IMG/VR virus record: IMGVR_UViG_3300011126_000093
Length of the DNA stretch: 38,861 bases
Reading direction: 5' to 3' (one strand)
From: a virus
The notes under the pieces were generated by a model that ran no database searches, had not been told where the DNA came from, and worked only from the letters and a program-made list of their open reading frames with translations. Both the position numbers and the translations under genes were made by a program. Positions 38,841 through 38,861 of the stretch are shown here, piece after piece (position 1 is the stretch's first letter; the number at the start of each line of letters is the position of its first letter).

Positions 38841-38861
38841 AGATATTAGGCATCCGACCTG
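38841..38861. repeat. 21-bp terminal direct repeat, copy 2 (identical to 1-21)
   Basis: agatattaggcatccgacctg. Confidence 0.95.

Overview
The window is a complete phage genome. The first and last 21 bp are identical (1-21 = 38841-38861), which indicates a circular or circularly permuted assembly with 38,840 bp of unique sequence. About 90% of the coding is on the minus strand.

Layout, read in the minus-strand transcription direction:
- Early operon of small unknown genes, 15742->13968.
- AT-rich T5orf172 gene, then a replication/recombination/nin-like region, 13725->261. It holds a replisome organizer with internal iterons, a DnaB helicase, RecT plus a YqaJ-type exonuclease, NinB, NinG, a Lar-type anti-restriction protein and a MazG remnant.
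- About 550 bp of noncoding sequence spanning the circular junction.
- A small membrane/basic-protein operon, 38567->37313.
- A P22-like morphogenesis module, 36792->17972. Order: TerS, TerL, 725-aa portal, scaffold, coat, gp4-like adaptor, gp10-like hub, gp26/14/7/20/16-position genes, beta-helix tailspike, M15 endolysin.
- Two plus-strand islands interrupt this: 15961-17982 and 36941-37305.
- I recognised no integrase, CI-like repressor, CRISPR array, rRNA or canonical tRNA.

Observations most worth follow-up:
1. A nine-copy promoter box, T(T/A)GGC(G/C)C-N5-GTCCTA(C/G), sits where a -35 element should be, 17-20 bp upstream of a TAnnnT -10. Four ordinary sigma70-like promoters coexist with it.
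2. A family of conserved intercistronic hairpins is flanked by AATAAC...GTTAT.
3. A 114-nt tRNA-like but non-canonical element lies next to CGACTAA repeats.
4. Extra genes are inserted into the P22-type virion module: a 335-aa AT-rich gene with its own terminator, a 484-aa second fibre sharing its N-terminus with the tailspike, and a GNAT-like gene.
5. Nine unlisted ORFs under 60 aa are translationally coupled to their neighbours.

All homology statements rest on motifs recognised by eye and from memory. No database search, alignment or RNA folding was run.
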